Shown here: one piece after another, positions 49,461 through 58,676 of the stretch
Layout of the letters: each line of letters starts with the position of its first letter
Position numbering within the stretch: position 1 is the stretch's first letter
Origin: Pelobium sp.
Lineage (GTDB): Bacteria; Bacteroidota; Bacteroidia; Sphingobacteriales; Sphingobacteriaceae
Length of the DNA stretch: 64,000 nt
Reading direction: 5' to 3'
NCBI GenBank assembly: GCA_965218985.1
Contig: CBDCMP010000004.1
Coordinates: 330,869-394,868, forward strand
The notes under the pieces: generated by a model
Told to the model about the DNA's origin: nothing
The model's database searches: none
The model's input: the letters and a program-made list of their open reading frames with translations, nothing else
Made by a program: the position numbers and the translations under genes

Positions 49461-50130
49461 TCCCTCCAAATCCTTTGAGGCCGGACCTGCTGGGCGGCTC
49501 TGCTCATTTGCCCTGCTTTGTGGATGTGCATGCGACAGGCATCCTTTCATTTATGCGTTATCCTGGGTGGAACGAAGGATCCCCGTGGGGAGTGGGGATG
49601 CCGTCGACTTTGTGGGGTTTTAACGGCGCAGGTCCTCTGCGAGAGACCCTGCTGGGACATTTGGCTTTGCTGGTACATTTGGCTTTAACGCTCAATCCTA
49701 TCCGTCCCTCATAGCCGGGACTTGGCCTAGTCACTTTCTCCTTGATGAGAAAGTGACCAAAGAATCAAGGCTGCAAAGCCTTTGTTCGGGATAGCTCAAT
49801 AAATCTTTTGGGCAACCATCCAAGCCGTGGGAACGGATATAGCTGACTGAAGGCCATTGCATCACTTCTGCGGATGGTCTGAAGCCTGTACTTTTTGAAT
49901 GCAAGTGCTGGAGATTTATTGGCCCTCCCTCCAAATCCTTTGAGGCCGGACCTGCTGGGCGGCTCTGCTCGTTTGCCCTGCTTTGTGGATGTGCATGCGA
50001 CAGCCTCCTTTCATTTCCGCGTCATCCTGGGTGGAACGAAGGATCTCCGTGGGGAGGGGGATGCTGTTGACTTTGTGGTTTTAACGGCGCAGGGTCCTCT
50101 GCGAGAGACCCTGCTGGTACATTTGGCTTT
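49461..50130. repeat. Composite GC-rich intergenic repeat: ~210-bp unit twice (49461-49686, 49926-50130) around a hairpin
   Basis: Direct repeats offset by 465 bp containing (G/T)TCATCCTG..GAACGAAGGATC REP-like motif; hairpin GTCACTTTCTC/GAGAAAGTGAC at 49730-49757. Confidence 0.8.
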
Positions 50131-50279
50131 TAAACTTATAAAAAGAAGCTGAGGTGGAAACTTTAAGAAAAAAATCAACTATAACTGTATTTCAATTTGC
50201 AATCCAAATCATTTATCTTCACCTTAGAAAAGTCTAAAAAAAGAAATGACACAACAATTTTATTTGCGATCCCGTTAAG

Positions 50280-50780
50280 TTGTTTATGAGCAAAAAACTC
50301 CTGTTTTTCCTGTTAGGTCTTTTCCCGCTTTCGCTGTTTGGGCAAATTCAAAATCAGGATTTTAAACAGATGCTGGACAGCATGTACAAACACACCGTAC
50401 CGCTGATCTCTGTTGATTCTCTAAAACATTTGAAAAACGTTTATTTACTGGACACCCGCGAAAAAGAGGAATTTGAAGTGAGCCATTTAAAAAACGCCCG
50501 GAACGTAGGCTTCATCTGGTTTGACATGCGGGATGTATACGATATTCCCAGAGATGCCACGGTGGTGGTTTACTGCTCTGTGGGTTATCGAAGTGAGAAG
50601 ATTGGGGAGAAATTGATAAGGGATGGCTATGAGCATGTTTTCAATTTATACGGCAGCATCTTTGAGTGGGCGAATGAAGGTAATCCGCTATATAAATCAA
50701 ACGGAGTGCAAACCACAGAGATTCACACCTATAATAAAAAATGGTCGAAATGGGTGGAGAGAGGTACCAAAGTGTATTAA
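50280..50780 (+). CDS. Rhodanese-like domain protein, secreted
   Basis: LLDTREKEEFEVSHL, VVYCSVGYRS, NLYGSIFEW; signal peptide. Confidence 0.88.
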   Translation: MFMSKKLLFFLLGLFPLSLFGQIQNQDFKQMLDSMYKHTVPLISVDSLKHLKNVYLLDTREKEEFEVSHLKNARNVGFIWFDMRDVYDIPRDATVVVYCSVGYRSEKIGEKLIRDGYEHVFNLYGSIFEWANEGNPLYKSNGVQTTEIHTYNKKWSKWVERGTKVY

Positions 50781-50829
50781 AAGTTTCCGATATACCTCCT
50801 CCATACTAACCACCTACTGAAATTGATCA

Positions 50830-51516
50830 ATGATGCCGCAACCAGAAGAATTAAAGATAGTGTCCACTGCCGATGGTTCAAAAACAGTTTTCCATCCCAC
50901 CATCCAAGAGAATTATCACAGTAGAAATGGTGCTTTACAGGAAAGCAATCACGTTTTTTTAAACTCGGGATTAAGATATCATTTAGCCGACAAGGACGTG
51001 GGGGAGGTAGCTGTGTTGGAGGTTGGGTTTGGAACCGGGCTTAACTTTTTATTGACACAGGATTTCTGCACAGGAAAGGAGATCGTTTTGAATTATGTGG
51101 GCATTGAAGCTTATCCTTTAAGATTCGATTTGATCGCACAAACTGATTACCAAAATTTAGTTTCTTCCAGCACCTGGAACTTATACCGCGCTAATTATGA
51201 AAAGGCAATGCTCCAAAGCGTGATGTTGAATGACTATTGCAGCCTGCATATTGCGTGTTGCGATGCCAGAATCTTCCGTTCCGGATTGATGTTTGATGTG
51301 ATCTATTTTGACGCATTCGCCTCGGCAAATCAACCCGAACTTTGGACTCAGGAATTCATCAGCCATATACTTTCCTACTTGAAAAAAGGTGGCGTTTTCG
51401 TTACTTATGCCATCACAGGGGCACTTAAAAGAATCATGAAATCTTCTGGAATGCAGGTAGAGAAAGCACCGGGGGCCGCCGGGAAAAGAGAGATGTTAAG
51501 AGCGGTGAAGCTATAA
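50830..51516 (+). CDS. mnmD: tRNA mnm5s2U methyltransferase (MnmC N-terminal-like)
   Basis: TADGSKT, ENYHS, LEVGFGTGLN, YFDAF, PELWT, KREM. Confidence 0.9.
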   Translation: MMPQPEELKIVSTADGSKTVFHPTIQENYHSRNGALQESNHVFLNSGLRYHLADKDVGEVAVLEVGFGTGLNFLLTQDFCTGKEIVLNYVGIEAYPLRFDLIAQTDYQNLVSSSTWNLYRANYEKAMLQSVMLNDYCSLHIACCDARIFRSGLMFDVIYFDAFASANQPELWTQEFISHILSYLKKGGVFVTYAITGALKRIMKSSGMQVEKAPGAAGKREMLRAVKL

Positions 51517-51780
51517 ATCGGCTTCCAAATGTTTGTCAATCCCCGCTCCAATTTGCTCCACCTGCGCTTCGGCTAATTTCCCCCATAGTTGTTTCCAATC
51601 TTCATCAACATCTTTTCTTACCTGACTCACCTCTTCTCCATTTAATTCACAGAAATAGAAATCTTCTCCATCAGTGGTTTCGCCTGGTTTAATGGTTAAT
51701 TCTTTTTGATTTCCCTCAAGATCAACTTCGATTTTGAAGGAAGGTGAACTGCTGTCTTTCATGGCCTTGTATTTTATCAT
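51511..51780 (-). CDS. Hypothetical protein
   Basis: 89-aa acidic ORF convergent with mnmD. Confidence 0.6.
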   Translation of the reverse strand: MIKYKAMKDSSSPSFKIEVDLEGNQKELTIKPGETTDGEDFYFCELNGEEVSQVRKDVDEDWKQLWGKLAEAQVEQIGAGIDKHLEADL

Positions 51781-51823
51781 AAATCTCCAAAGCTTGTGCC
51801 ATAATTCTGCTTATTTTTGGAAT

Positions 51824-52621
51824 ATGAATATTTTCGAGCAACAAACCTCCTCCACTTCAGCTTTTGAAAGACTGCTGGCGATCATGGATGATTTAAGACA
51901 GCAATGCCCCTGGGACAAAAAACAAACCATGGAGACTTTGCGCCATTTGACCATAGAAGAGACTTATGAACTTTCTGATGCCATTTTAGCAGGTGACAGG
52001 CAAGAGATCAGGAAAGAATTAGGAGATTTGATGCTGCATTTGGTTTTTTATGCGAAGATCGGTTCCGAAACCAATGATTTCAATATCGCAGATGTTTTGA
52101 ATGGGATTTGCGAAAAGCTCATTAACCGCCATCCTCATATCTATGGCGATGTGGTTGCGGAGACTGAAGAACAGGTGAAGCAAAATTGGGAGCAAATTAA
52201 ACTGCAAGAAGGAAACAAGTCTGTATTGGCCGGTGTGCCCTCCTCGCTTCCCGCTTTGGTAAAAGCTTCCAGAATACAGGAGAAAGCCAAAGGTGTGGGT
52301 TTTGATTGGGAGGAGAAAGAACAGGTTTGGGAGAAAGTGGAAGAGGAATTGCAGGAGTTCAAAGCAGAGTTCAACGTTGCTGACCCCAAAGCGGTTGACC
52401 GAGAAAAAGCTGAGGCAGAGTTTGGGGATTTACTTTTTTCGCTCATCAATTACGCCCGTTTCATTCATATCAACCCCGAAGATGCTTTAGAAAAAACCAA
52501 TAGAAAATTCATCAAAAGGTTTCAATATCTCGAATCAAAATCTAAAGAACTCCATAAATCTTTGAAGGACATGAGCTTGGCGGAGATGGATATATTTTGG
52601 AACGAAGCAAAAAAACTATAG
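51824..52621 (+). CDS. mazG: Nucleoside triphosphate pyrophosphohydrolase MazG
   Basis: CPWDKKQT, EETYE, EELGD, RHPHIYG, EFGDLLF. Confidence 0.95.
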   Translation: MNIFEQQTSSTSAFERLLAIMDDLRQQCPWDKKQTMETLRHLTIEETYELSDAILAGDRQEIRKELGDLMLHLVFYAKIGSETNDFNIADVLNGICEKLINRHPHIYGDVVAETEEQVKQNWEQIKLQEGNKSVLAGVPSSLPALVKASRIQEKAKGVGFDWEEKEQVWEKVEEELQEFKAEFNVADPKAVDREKAEAEFGDLLFSLINYARFIHINPEDALEKTNRKFIKRFQYLESKSKELHKSLKDMSLAEMDIFWNEAKKL

Positions 52622-52672
52622 CTTTTTGTAGCAGATGGTTATAGGAGTCCGTAAAGAGGAATAAAAAGCGTC

Positions 52673-53128
52673 ATGTACCTTACTAATTTTCAATCTTTTG
52701 TATTCGGGGCCTTCCTGATATTCATTCTGTGTTTCGCTGCATGCGAGAAAGGGATCACAGGTTCGCCTGTCGTGGCTCCCGGAGAGAAAGTGGAGCTGAA
52801 GCAATCTGAGAAAGCATGGTTTGGCACGGATACAGAGAACGGATTGAAATTCTTGGTGGAACAGATCAACGATAGCCGTTGCCCCAAGCAGGCAACATGT
52901 ATTTGGGCCGGAGAAGCTGTGGTAAAGGTAAATATCACCGATCCGCAAAAAAACTTCGCCTCCTTTACGCTTTATATAGGTGCACGAACCCATTTCCAGC
53001 CAGACACTTTAGATTTCAATCTCGATAAAAAAACTTACCGGGTTATTCTTTTTGGCGTTAGTCCTTATCCAATGCTCAATGGATCACAGGATGGCTCAAA
53101 AGCCGAATTGACCTTGTTGCAAAAATAA
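52673..53128 (+). CDS. Hypothetical lipoprotein
   Basis: Lipobox FAAC; DSRCP...CIWAG motif. Confidence 0.75.
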   Translation: MYLTNFQSFVFGAFLIFILCFAACEKGITGSPVVAPGEKVELKQSEKAWFGTDTENGLKFLVEQINDSRCPKQATCIWAGEAVVKVNITDPQKNFASFTLYIGARTHFQPDTLDFNLDKKTYRVILFGVSPYPMLNGSQDGSKAELTLLQK

Positions 53129-53194
53129 AAAAAGAAGATCACGAAACAGCAAATAAGATATCACTATATTTAATCCAAGGCAATACAAATTTGA

Positions 53195-53764
53195 ATGAGT
53201 AAACCCTACAGCGAGTTTAGCGATCAGGAGCTGATCAATAAATGTCGCAAAGAAGACAGCAAAGCCCAGGAAATGCTCTACAAGCGTTTCTATGCTTATG
53301 CTATGGGTATTTCTCTCCGCTATTGTATTTCCAGGGATGATGCTTTGGAGGCCGTGAATGACGCTTTCATCAAGCTTTTTAAAACCATCAAAACTTTTGA
53401 TGACAACCGCCTGATCAAGCCCTGGTTCAGACAAATTGTGGTGAACAGTGCCATTGATAACCGGAGGAAGAATTTAAAACATGCTGCAGTTCTTGATATA
53501 GAGTATGCAGATGAATCACCGGCTGATCACCATATCATCAGCAAAATCAGTGCGCAGGAGATTTTAAATCTTTTATCTGATTTACCGGAGATGCACCGCA
53601 TGGTTTTCAACCTTTATGAAATTGACGGTTATACGCATGAAGAGATAGCCGATATATTAGATATGCCATCCAGTAGTTCCAGGGTGTATTTATCCAGGGC
53701 GAAAGAGAAATTAAGAAGATTAGTGAAGGCTCACTTTTATTTGAATTATGAAAGAGCAATTTGA
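53195..53764 (+). CDS. ECF RNA polymerase sigma factor
   Basis: Region 2 (AVNDAFIK, WFRQIVVNSAID) and region 4 (DGYTHEEIA). Confidence 0.93.
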   Translation: MSKPYSEFSDQELINKCRKEDSKAQEMLYKRFYAYAMGISLRYCISRDDALEAVNDAFIKLFKTIKTFDDNRLIKPWFRQIVVNSAIDNRRKNLKHAAVLDIEYADESPADHHIISKISAQEILNLLSDLPEMHRMVFNLYEIDGYTHEEIADILDMPSSSSRVYLSRAKEKLRRLVKAHFYLNYERAI

Positions 53765-55094
53765 CCGTACATTAAGAAATCACATCAGAGACACCTTTGA
53801 TCATTATGATGATCAAATGGCTGATGATGGCTGGCGGTCTTTTAAAAAGAAAGAAAGGCGACGTAGAAGAGGATTGATTTTTTGGTATATGCTTCCATCA
53901 GGAATGGCGGCTGCCATTGCTTTACTTTGGCTGATTAATTTATACCCGGTTGCGTCAACGGATAAAAATCAGCAGTCAACATTTAAACAATCAAAGGCAA
54001 ATTCCAACTTAGGCCATAAGTCAGGTTCCGTTCCCTTTGAAAAAACAGAGGACATTAAGACCATTGCTTCCACGAAATCCAATGAAGAAAACTTAGCAGC
54101 TCATGCTCCTGTTCACAGGGGAGAATCTGAAAACTTAAGCCCTGAACTGGTCAAAGCGGATCATCAGCAACAGGTCACTCAGGCGAAGATCCCTGAAATC
54201 GGCATCATCACTTCCTCTAAGACATTTAAAGTGAACGATTTATCAACCTGGGCGCAGGCTTCAAATGCTGATTTTCCTGAATTAAGCATAAACACATTAA
54301 AACCCTTATTCGTGTCGAGAGCTGAACATATGGATGCAAAGGAGAAGGGTATAGCCTCTTATCTTCCCGAAAAAACGCTTGCATTTGCTAAAATCTCCAA
54401 TGATTTTGCAGCTGTTGAAGATCACGCTAAAGATCCGGCATCATCTGTACCTAAAAAAAGCAAATTCAACCTCTCTGTTGATGCCAATACCTATGTCAAT
54501 TTCTCTGAAAGCGGCTTGAACGATCAGGTTAATTTAGGATTGGGCCTGGCGTCTGAATGGAAATTGACCAAACATTTAAGTGTGAATTCAGGGCTGATGT
54601 TGAACAGGCAAACCAGTACTTTTGAGGGAAATGAAAAATCGTCATCAGATTTTCAGAAAACCATTTTAAGTTCGGCATTCGCTTCTGTTCCCAGTGCGCA
54701 GGTCACCAATGCTAAATTGGTGGGGCTGGATATTCCCTTGAACCTGAAATATTCTTTAAAGCTGGGGAAGGCGAATACCTTTTTATCAACCGGAATCAGC
54801 TCCTACAGCGTGATCAATGAAAAATATGTGAATGATTATTCTGTGGTGAATTATTCTTTTACCGGGGTAAGAACAAGTAGTGTAAGAACGGTGCAGGACA
54901 ATCCCGCCGGTAAATTTTCCTATTTTAAGTTTGCCAGAACCATCAATTTCTCTTTTGGGGTTTTGTATCCTTTATCGAAAAAAAGCACTTTGGCTGTAGA
55001 GCCTTTCCTGAAATATCCGTTGACGGGATTGGGTTATCAGGAGTTGAGAATTGGATCCGGGGGGTTGAGCTTCAAGCTCAATTTCGGCAATTGA
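53748..55094 (+). CDS. Putative anti-sigma/outer-membrane beta-barrel (PorT-like) protein
   Basis: Overlaps sigma gene, N-terminal TM helix, C-terminal barrel strands (LDIPLNLKY, AVEPFLKYP, FKLNF). Confidence 0.7.
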   Translation: MKEQFDRTLRNHIRDTFDHYDDQMADDGWRSFKKKERRRRRGLIFWYMLPSGMAAAIALLWLINLYPVASTDKNQQSTFKQSKANSNLGHKSGSVPFEKTEDIKTIASTKSNEENLAAHAPVHRGESENLSPELVKADHQQQVTQAKIPEIGIITSSKTFKVNDLSTWAQASNADFPELSINTLKPLFVSRAEHMDAKEKGIASYLPEKTLAFAKISNDFAAVEDHAKDPASSVPKKSKFNLSVDANTYVNFSESGLNDQVNLGLGLASEWKLTKHLSVNSGLMLNRQTSTFEGNEKSSSDFQKTILSSAFASVPSAQVTNAKLVGLDIPLNLKYSLKLGKANTFLSTGISSYSVINEKYVNDYSVVNYSFTGVRTSSVRTVQDNPAGKFSYFKFARTINFSFGVLYPLSKKSTLAVEPFLKYPLTGLGYQELRIGSGGLSFKLNFGN

Positions 55095-56342
55095 TCATTT
55101 GAAGGCGATCGCTTTTATGGGAGAGATCCTGCTCACCAGCATAGAAGGCAGCAGCAGCATCAACAGGCAAACCAATAAAGTGCCCACGTTTATCAGCAGC
55201 ACGTCTGTAAAGGTAAACTGTACCGGAACAAATTTCATGTAATAGGAGGCTTCATCCAATTTAAAGAAATGAGTGCTTTGCTGAAAATAGCCTAATCCCA
55301 ATCCAAACAGATCTCCCAACAACATCCCGATTCCCACTAGATAAAGTGCATGGTAAAGAAAAATCTTTCTGATTCCCCAATTGGTCTCACCCAGTGCCTT
55401 TAATAGCCCAATCATATTTGTGCGCTCTAATATCATGATGAGCAAAGCCGAGATCATGTTGATCACGGCCACCACCAGCATCAGCACCAGAATGACCTGC
55501 GCATTCACATCCAGCAGAGAAAGCCAATCAAAAATGATGGGATAATTCTCTTTCACATTGATCGTCCTGATCTGGGCAGGAAGAAAATTGCTTAATTCCA
55601 CAGAAAAGCGGTCAATTTTAGAAAAATCATTGATCCTGATTTCATAACCACCCACCTCTCCGTTTGACCAATCATTTAATTTTTTAATCAGTGAGATATC
55701 TCCGATCACATAAGTTTTATCCACCTCCTCCACGCCTGTGTTATAAATCCCTACGATTTGGAATTTTCTTTTTCGCAAAGACTCCTGTACAAAATACATC
55801 AGAAAATCATCTCCTACTTTAAGATTCAGTCTTTTGGCGAGGAGTTCTGAAATGATGATCTGTTTTGAGGCGGCTGTGCTGTCAGAAAAATCAATGGTCT
55901 TCCCGGAGATGAGGATGTTTTTGAAATAATCCCAATCATAGGTGGAATCCACGCCTTTTAAAACCACGCCCTCCACTTCATCATTCGCTTTAATGATCCC
56001 CGGTTTCGTAGCGAAAGGAACAATGTGTTCCACTCCTTTATAATGCTTTGCCTCGTTTAAATTTTTGGTTGCCAAAATGAACGGTGAATTCTCATAGGAG
56101 GAATTGAGGTCATATTTGATATATTGAATGTCACCATTGAAGCCCCTTACTTTCTCCCGGATCTCCGCCTTGAATCCTTTGACGATGGCGAGAGACAACA
56201 ACATGACCCCCAAGCCAAGCATGATCCCAACAATGGCTATACGAACAATCAATTTGGAGAAAGTGCGTTCTGCTTTAAGTGAGATTCTGTTGGCTATAAA
56301 TAATCCGAGATTCAAATGCTTTTTGTTTATTTGTAAGAACAC
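55095..56342 (-). CDS. ABC transporter permease, LolE/FtsX family
   Basis: Four-TM FtsX pattern, ILERTNMIGLLKALG. Confidence 0.88.
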   Translation of the reverse strand: MFLQINKKHLNLGLFIANRISLKAERTFSKLIVRIAIVGIMLGLGVMLLSLAIVKGFKAEIREKVRGFNGDIQYIKYDLNSSYENSPFILATKNLNEAKHYKGVEHIVPFATKPGIIKANDEVEGVVLKGVDSTYDWDYFKNILISGKTIDFSDSTAASKQIIISELLAKRLNLKVGDDFLMYFVQESLRKRKFQIVGIYNTGVEEVDKTYVIGDISLIKKLNDWSNGEVGGYEIRINDFSKIDRFSVELSNFLPAQIRTINVKENYPIIFDWLSLLDVNAQVILVLMLVVAVINMISALLIMILERTNMIGLLKALGETNWGIRKIFLYHALYLVGIGMLLGDLFGLGLGYFQQSTHFFKLDEASYYMKFVPVQFTFTDVLLINVGTLLVCLLMLLLPSMLVSRISPIKAIAFK

Positions 56343-56378
56343 AAATATGCAATCATTTCAAAGAAAAACCTTATTTCT

Positions 56379-57617
56379 ATGGTGCTAATTAAAAAATTGA
56401 GCAGTTTTTTATTGTTGATCCCCTTATCCGTTATAGCATGTAATGGTTGTGGTATGAAGAGGGTCAAGCAGGATGCAGGGATCAGATCTTCAAACCTCCC
56501 GGTGCATACAACAAAGATTTTAACCGGAGCAGACCAGACAGAGAAATACCTTCCTATTTTAAAGGGGAAAAAAATTGGATTAGTGGTCAATCAAACCGCT
56601 GAAATAGACGGGGTTCCCCTGGTGGATTCTTTAAAAAGCTTAGGTGTTGACATCAAAGCGATTTTCGGACCTGAACATGGTTTCAGAGGCGATGCAGATG
56701 CAGGCGAGAAAGTTGGAAATGATGTGGATATCAAAACCGGATTTCCCGTGATCTCCCTCTATGGGGCTAAACAGGCTCCTTCCAAAGAGGATTTAAAAGA
56801 TATCGACCTGGTGGTTTTCGACATTCAGGATGTAGGAGCCCGGTTTTACACCTACACCATCACCATGACCAGGGTAATGCAGGCATGCGCAGAAAATAAG
56901 GTGCCCTTATTGATATTAGATCGGCCAAATCCAAATGGGGATGTAGTGGATGGACCCATTTTACAACCTGGATTCAAATCCGGAGTGGGCATGAATCCAA
57001 TTCCGATAGCCCATGGCTTAACTGTTGGTGAATTTGCCCAGATGGCCAATGGAGAAGGCTGGTTGAAGAATGGGATAAAATGCGATTTAAGCATTGTTGA
57101 AGTGGCTAACTATAAACATTCCATGGAATATATCCTACCGGTGAAGCCCTCTCCCAATCTGCCTAACAACCTTTCCATCTATCTTTACCCTACCCTTTGT
57201 TTGTTTGAAGGAACAGTGATGAGCGAGGGCAGGGGCACCACTTTCCCGTTCCAGGTTTTAGGGCATCCCTTGTTAAAAGGGAAATACGATTTCACTTTCA
57301 CTCCGGTGAGCATGGATGGGATGAGCAAGAACCCCCCTTTGGAGAATCAGCTATGTTATGGTATAGATTTCAGGAAGATGAACATCGAGCATATCAGGAA
57401 AGAAAAGCAGCTGGACATTCAGTTGTTAATGGATATTTATCGTCAATTTCCTGATAAAGAACATTTCTTCACCTCTTTCTTCAATAAGCTCGCAGGGAAT
57501 CAGCTGTTGATGCAACAAATAAAAGACGGAGCATCTGAAGCCGACATCAGGGCCAGCTGGCAGCCTGCGCTGGATGATTATCAAACTAAAAGAAAAAAAT
57601 ATCTGTTATATCCATAA
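56379..57617 (+). CDS. namZ: Exo-beta-N-acetylmuramidase NamZ (DUF1343)
   Basis: FGPEHGFRG, FDIQDVGARFYTY, LDRPNP, SPNLP. Confidence 0.9.
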   Translation: MVLIKKLSSFLLLIPLSVIACNGCGMKRVKQDAGIRSSNLPVHTTKILTGADQTEKYLPILKGKKIGLVVNQTAEIDGVPLVDSLKSLGVDIKAIFGPEHGFRGDADAGEKVGNDVDIKTGFPVISLYGAKQAPSKEDLKDIDLVVFDIQDVGARFYTYTITMTRVMQACAENKVPLLILDRPNPNGDVVDGPILQPGFKSGVGMNPIPIAHGLTVGEFAQMANGEGWLKNGIKCDLSIVEVANYKHSMEYILPVKPSPNLPNNLSIYLYPTLCLFEGTVMSEGRGTTFPFQVLGHPLLKGKYDFTFTPVSMDGMSKNPPLENQLCYGIDFRKMNIEHIRKEKQLDIQLLMDIYRQFPDKEHFFTSFFNKLAGNQLLMQQIKDGASEADIRASWQPALDDYQTKRKKYLLYP

Positions 57618-57635
57618 ATTCATAAGCAGAACACA

Positions 57636-58550
57636 ATGAGGATCATATTCATGGGTACGCCGGATTTTGCGGTGGCTTCTTTGGCAGCTTTAGTAAAGGC
57701 GGGGTTAAATGTGGTTGGCGTGATTACTGCTCCGGACAAACCGGCAGGACGTGGACAAAAATTAAGTGAATCAGCCGTGAAGAAGTTTGCCGTGGAGCAT
57801 TCACTAAAGGTTTTGCAACCTGATAAACTTAAAAATGCAGCCTTCCTACAAGATTTAGTTGATTTAAAAGCCGATTTGCAGGTGGTGGTGGCTTTCAGGA
57901 TGTTGCCTGAAGCAGTTTGGGATATACCTCCAAAAGGTACGGTTAACCTGCATGCCTCGCTTTTACCTCAATACCGAGGTGCTGCCCCGATAAACTGGGC
58001 CATCATCAACGGTGAGAAAGAGAGTGGGGTGACCACATTTTTCCTCCAACATGAAATTGACACCGGAGCTGTGCTTTTCTCTCAAAAAGTGGAGATAGCT
58101 GAAGATATGAATGCCGGCGATTTACATGATGCATTGATGATCATTGGGGCACAGCTGCTCACAAAAACCGTTAAAGCCATTGAAGATGGAGATTATCAAG
58201 AAATCCCCCAGGATAATCATCACGCTGAAGAACTGAAACATGCCCCTAAAATCTTCAAGGATGATTGTAAAATCAACTGGAATGAGGATAACCAAAAAGT
58301 TTTTAATTTGATCAGGGGATTGAGCCCATATCCGGCTGCTTTCACCGAGTTCATGGGAAAAGACTTAAAGATTTTTTCTGCAAAGAAAGAGGATGCTGAA
58401 CCTGGGATCTCTGCAGGAGCATTTTTAACAGATGGCAAAACTTATCTGAAGTTCGCCTCTAAAAACGGGTTCATCCATGTGAGGGAGATTCAGCAGGAAG
58501 GAAAGAAAAGGATGAAGATTGAAGATTTTTTACACGGAATGAGAATGTAG
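57636..58550 (+). CDS. fmt: Methionyl-tRNA formyltransferase
   Basis: FMGTPDF, NLHASLLPQYRGAAPI, IRGLSPYP. Confidence 0.97.
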   Translation: MRIIFMGTPDFAVASLAALVKAGLNVVGVITAPDKPAGRGQKLSESAVKKFAVEHSLKVLQPDKLKNAAFLQDLVDLKADLQVVVAFRMLPEAVWDIPPKGTVNLHASLLPQYRGAAPINWAIINGEKESGVTTFFLQHEIDTGAVLFSQKVEIAEDMNAGDLHDALMIIGAQLLTKTVKAIEDGDYQEIPQDNHHAEELKHAPKIFKDDCKINWNEDNQKVFNLIRGLSPYPAAFTEFMGKDLKIFSAKKEDAEPGISAGAFLTDGKTYLKFASKNGFIHVREIQQEGKKRMKIEDFLHGMRM

Positions 58551-58676
58551 GCGTTTACAATTTCAGCATGACGAGTTTAAAGTTGACTTTCAGCAGCTCA
58601 TTAAGGTAGCAGCTCTTTACATACAGAAAGAAAAACCCTGCCTTGTCCTAAAATAGGTTTACTCCACTTGTGCAAG

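Noticed and set aside
49461-50130. CRISPR array (also considered for 45416-46433 and 60561-60700)
   Set aside because: Only two copies of long units, no regular repeat-spacer periodicity, no cas genes.
49402-50152. Short ORFs at 49402, 49457, 49731 and 49895
   Set aside because: They are translations of the GC-rich repeats, lacking protein-like features.
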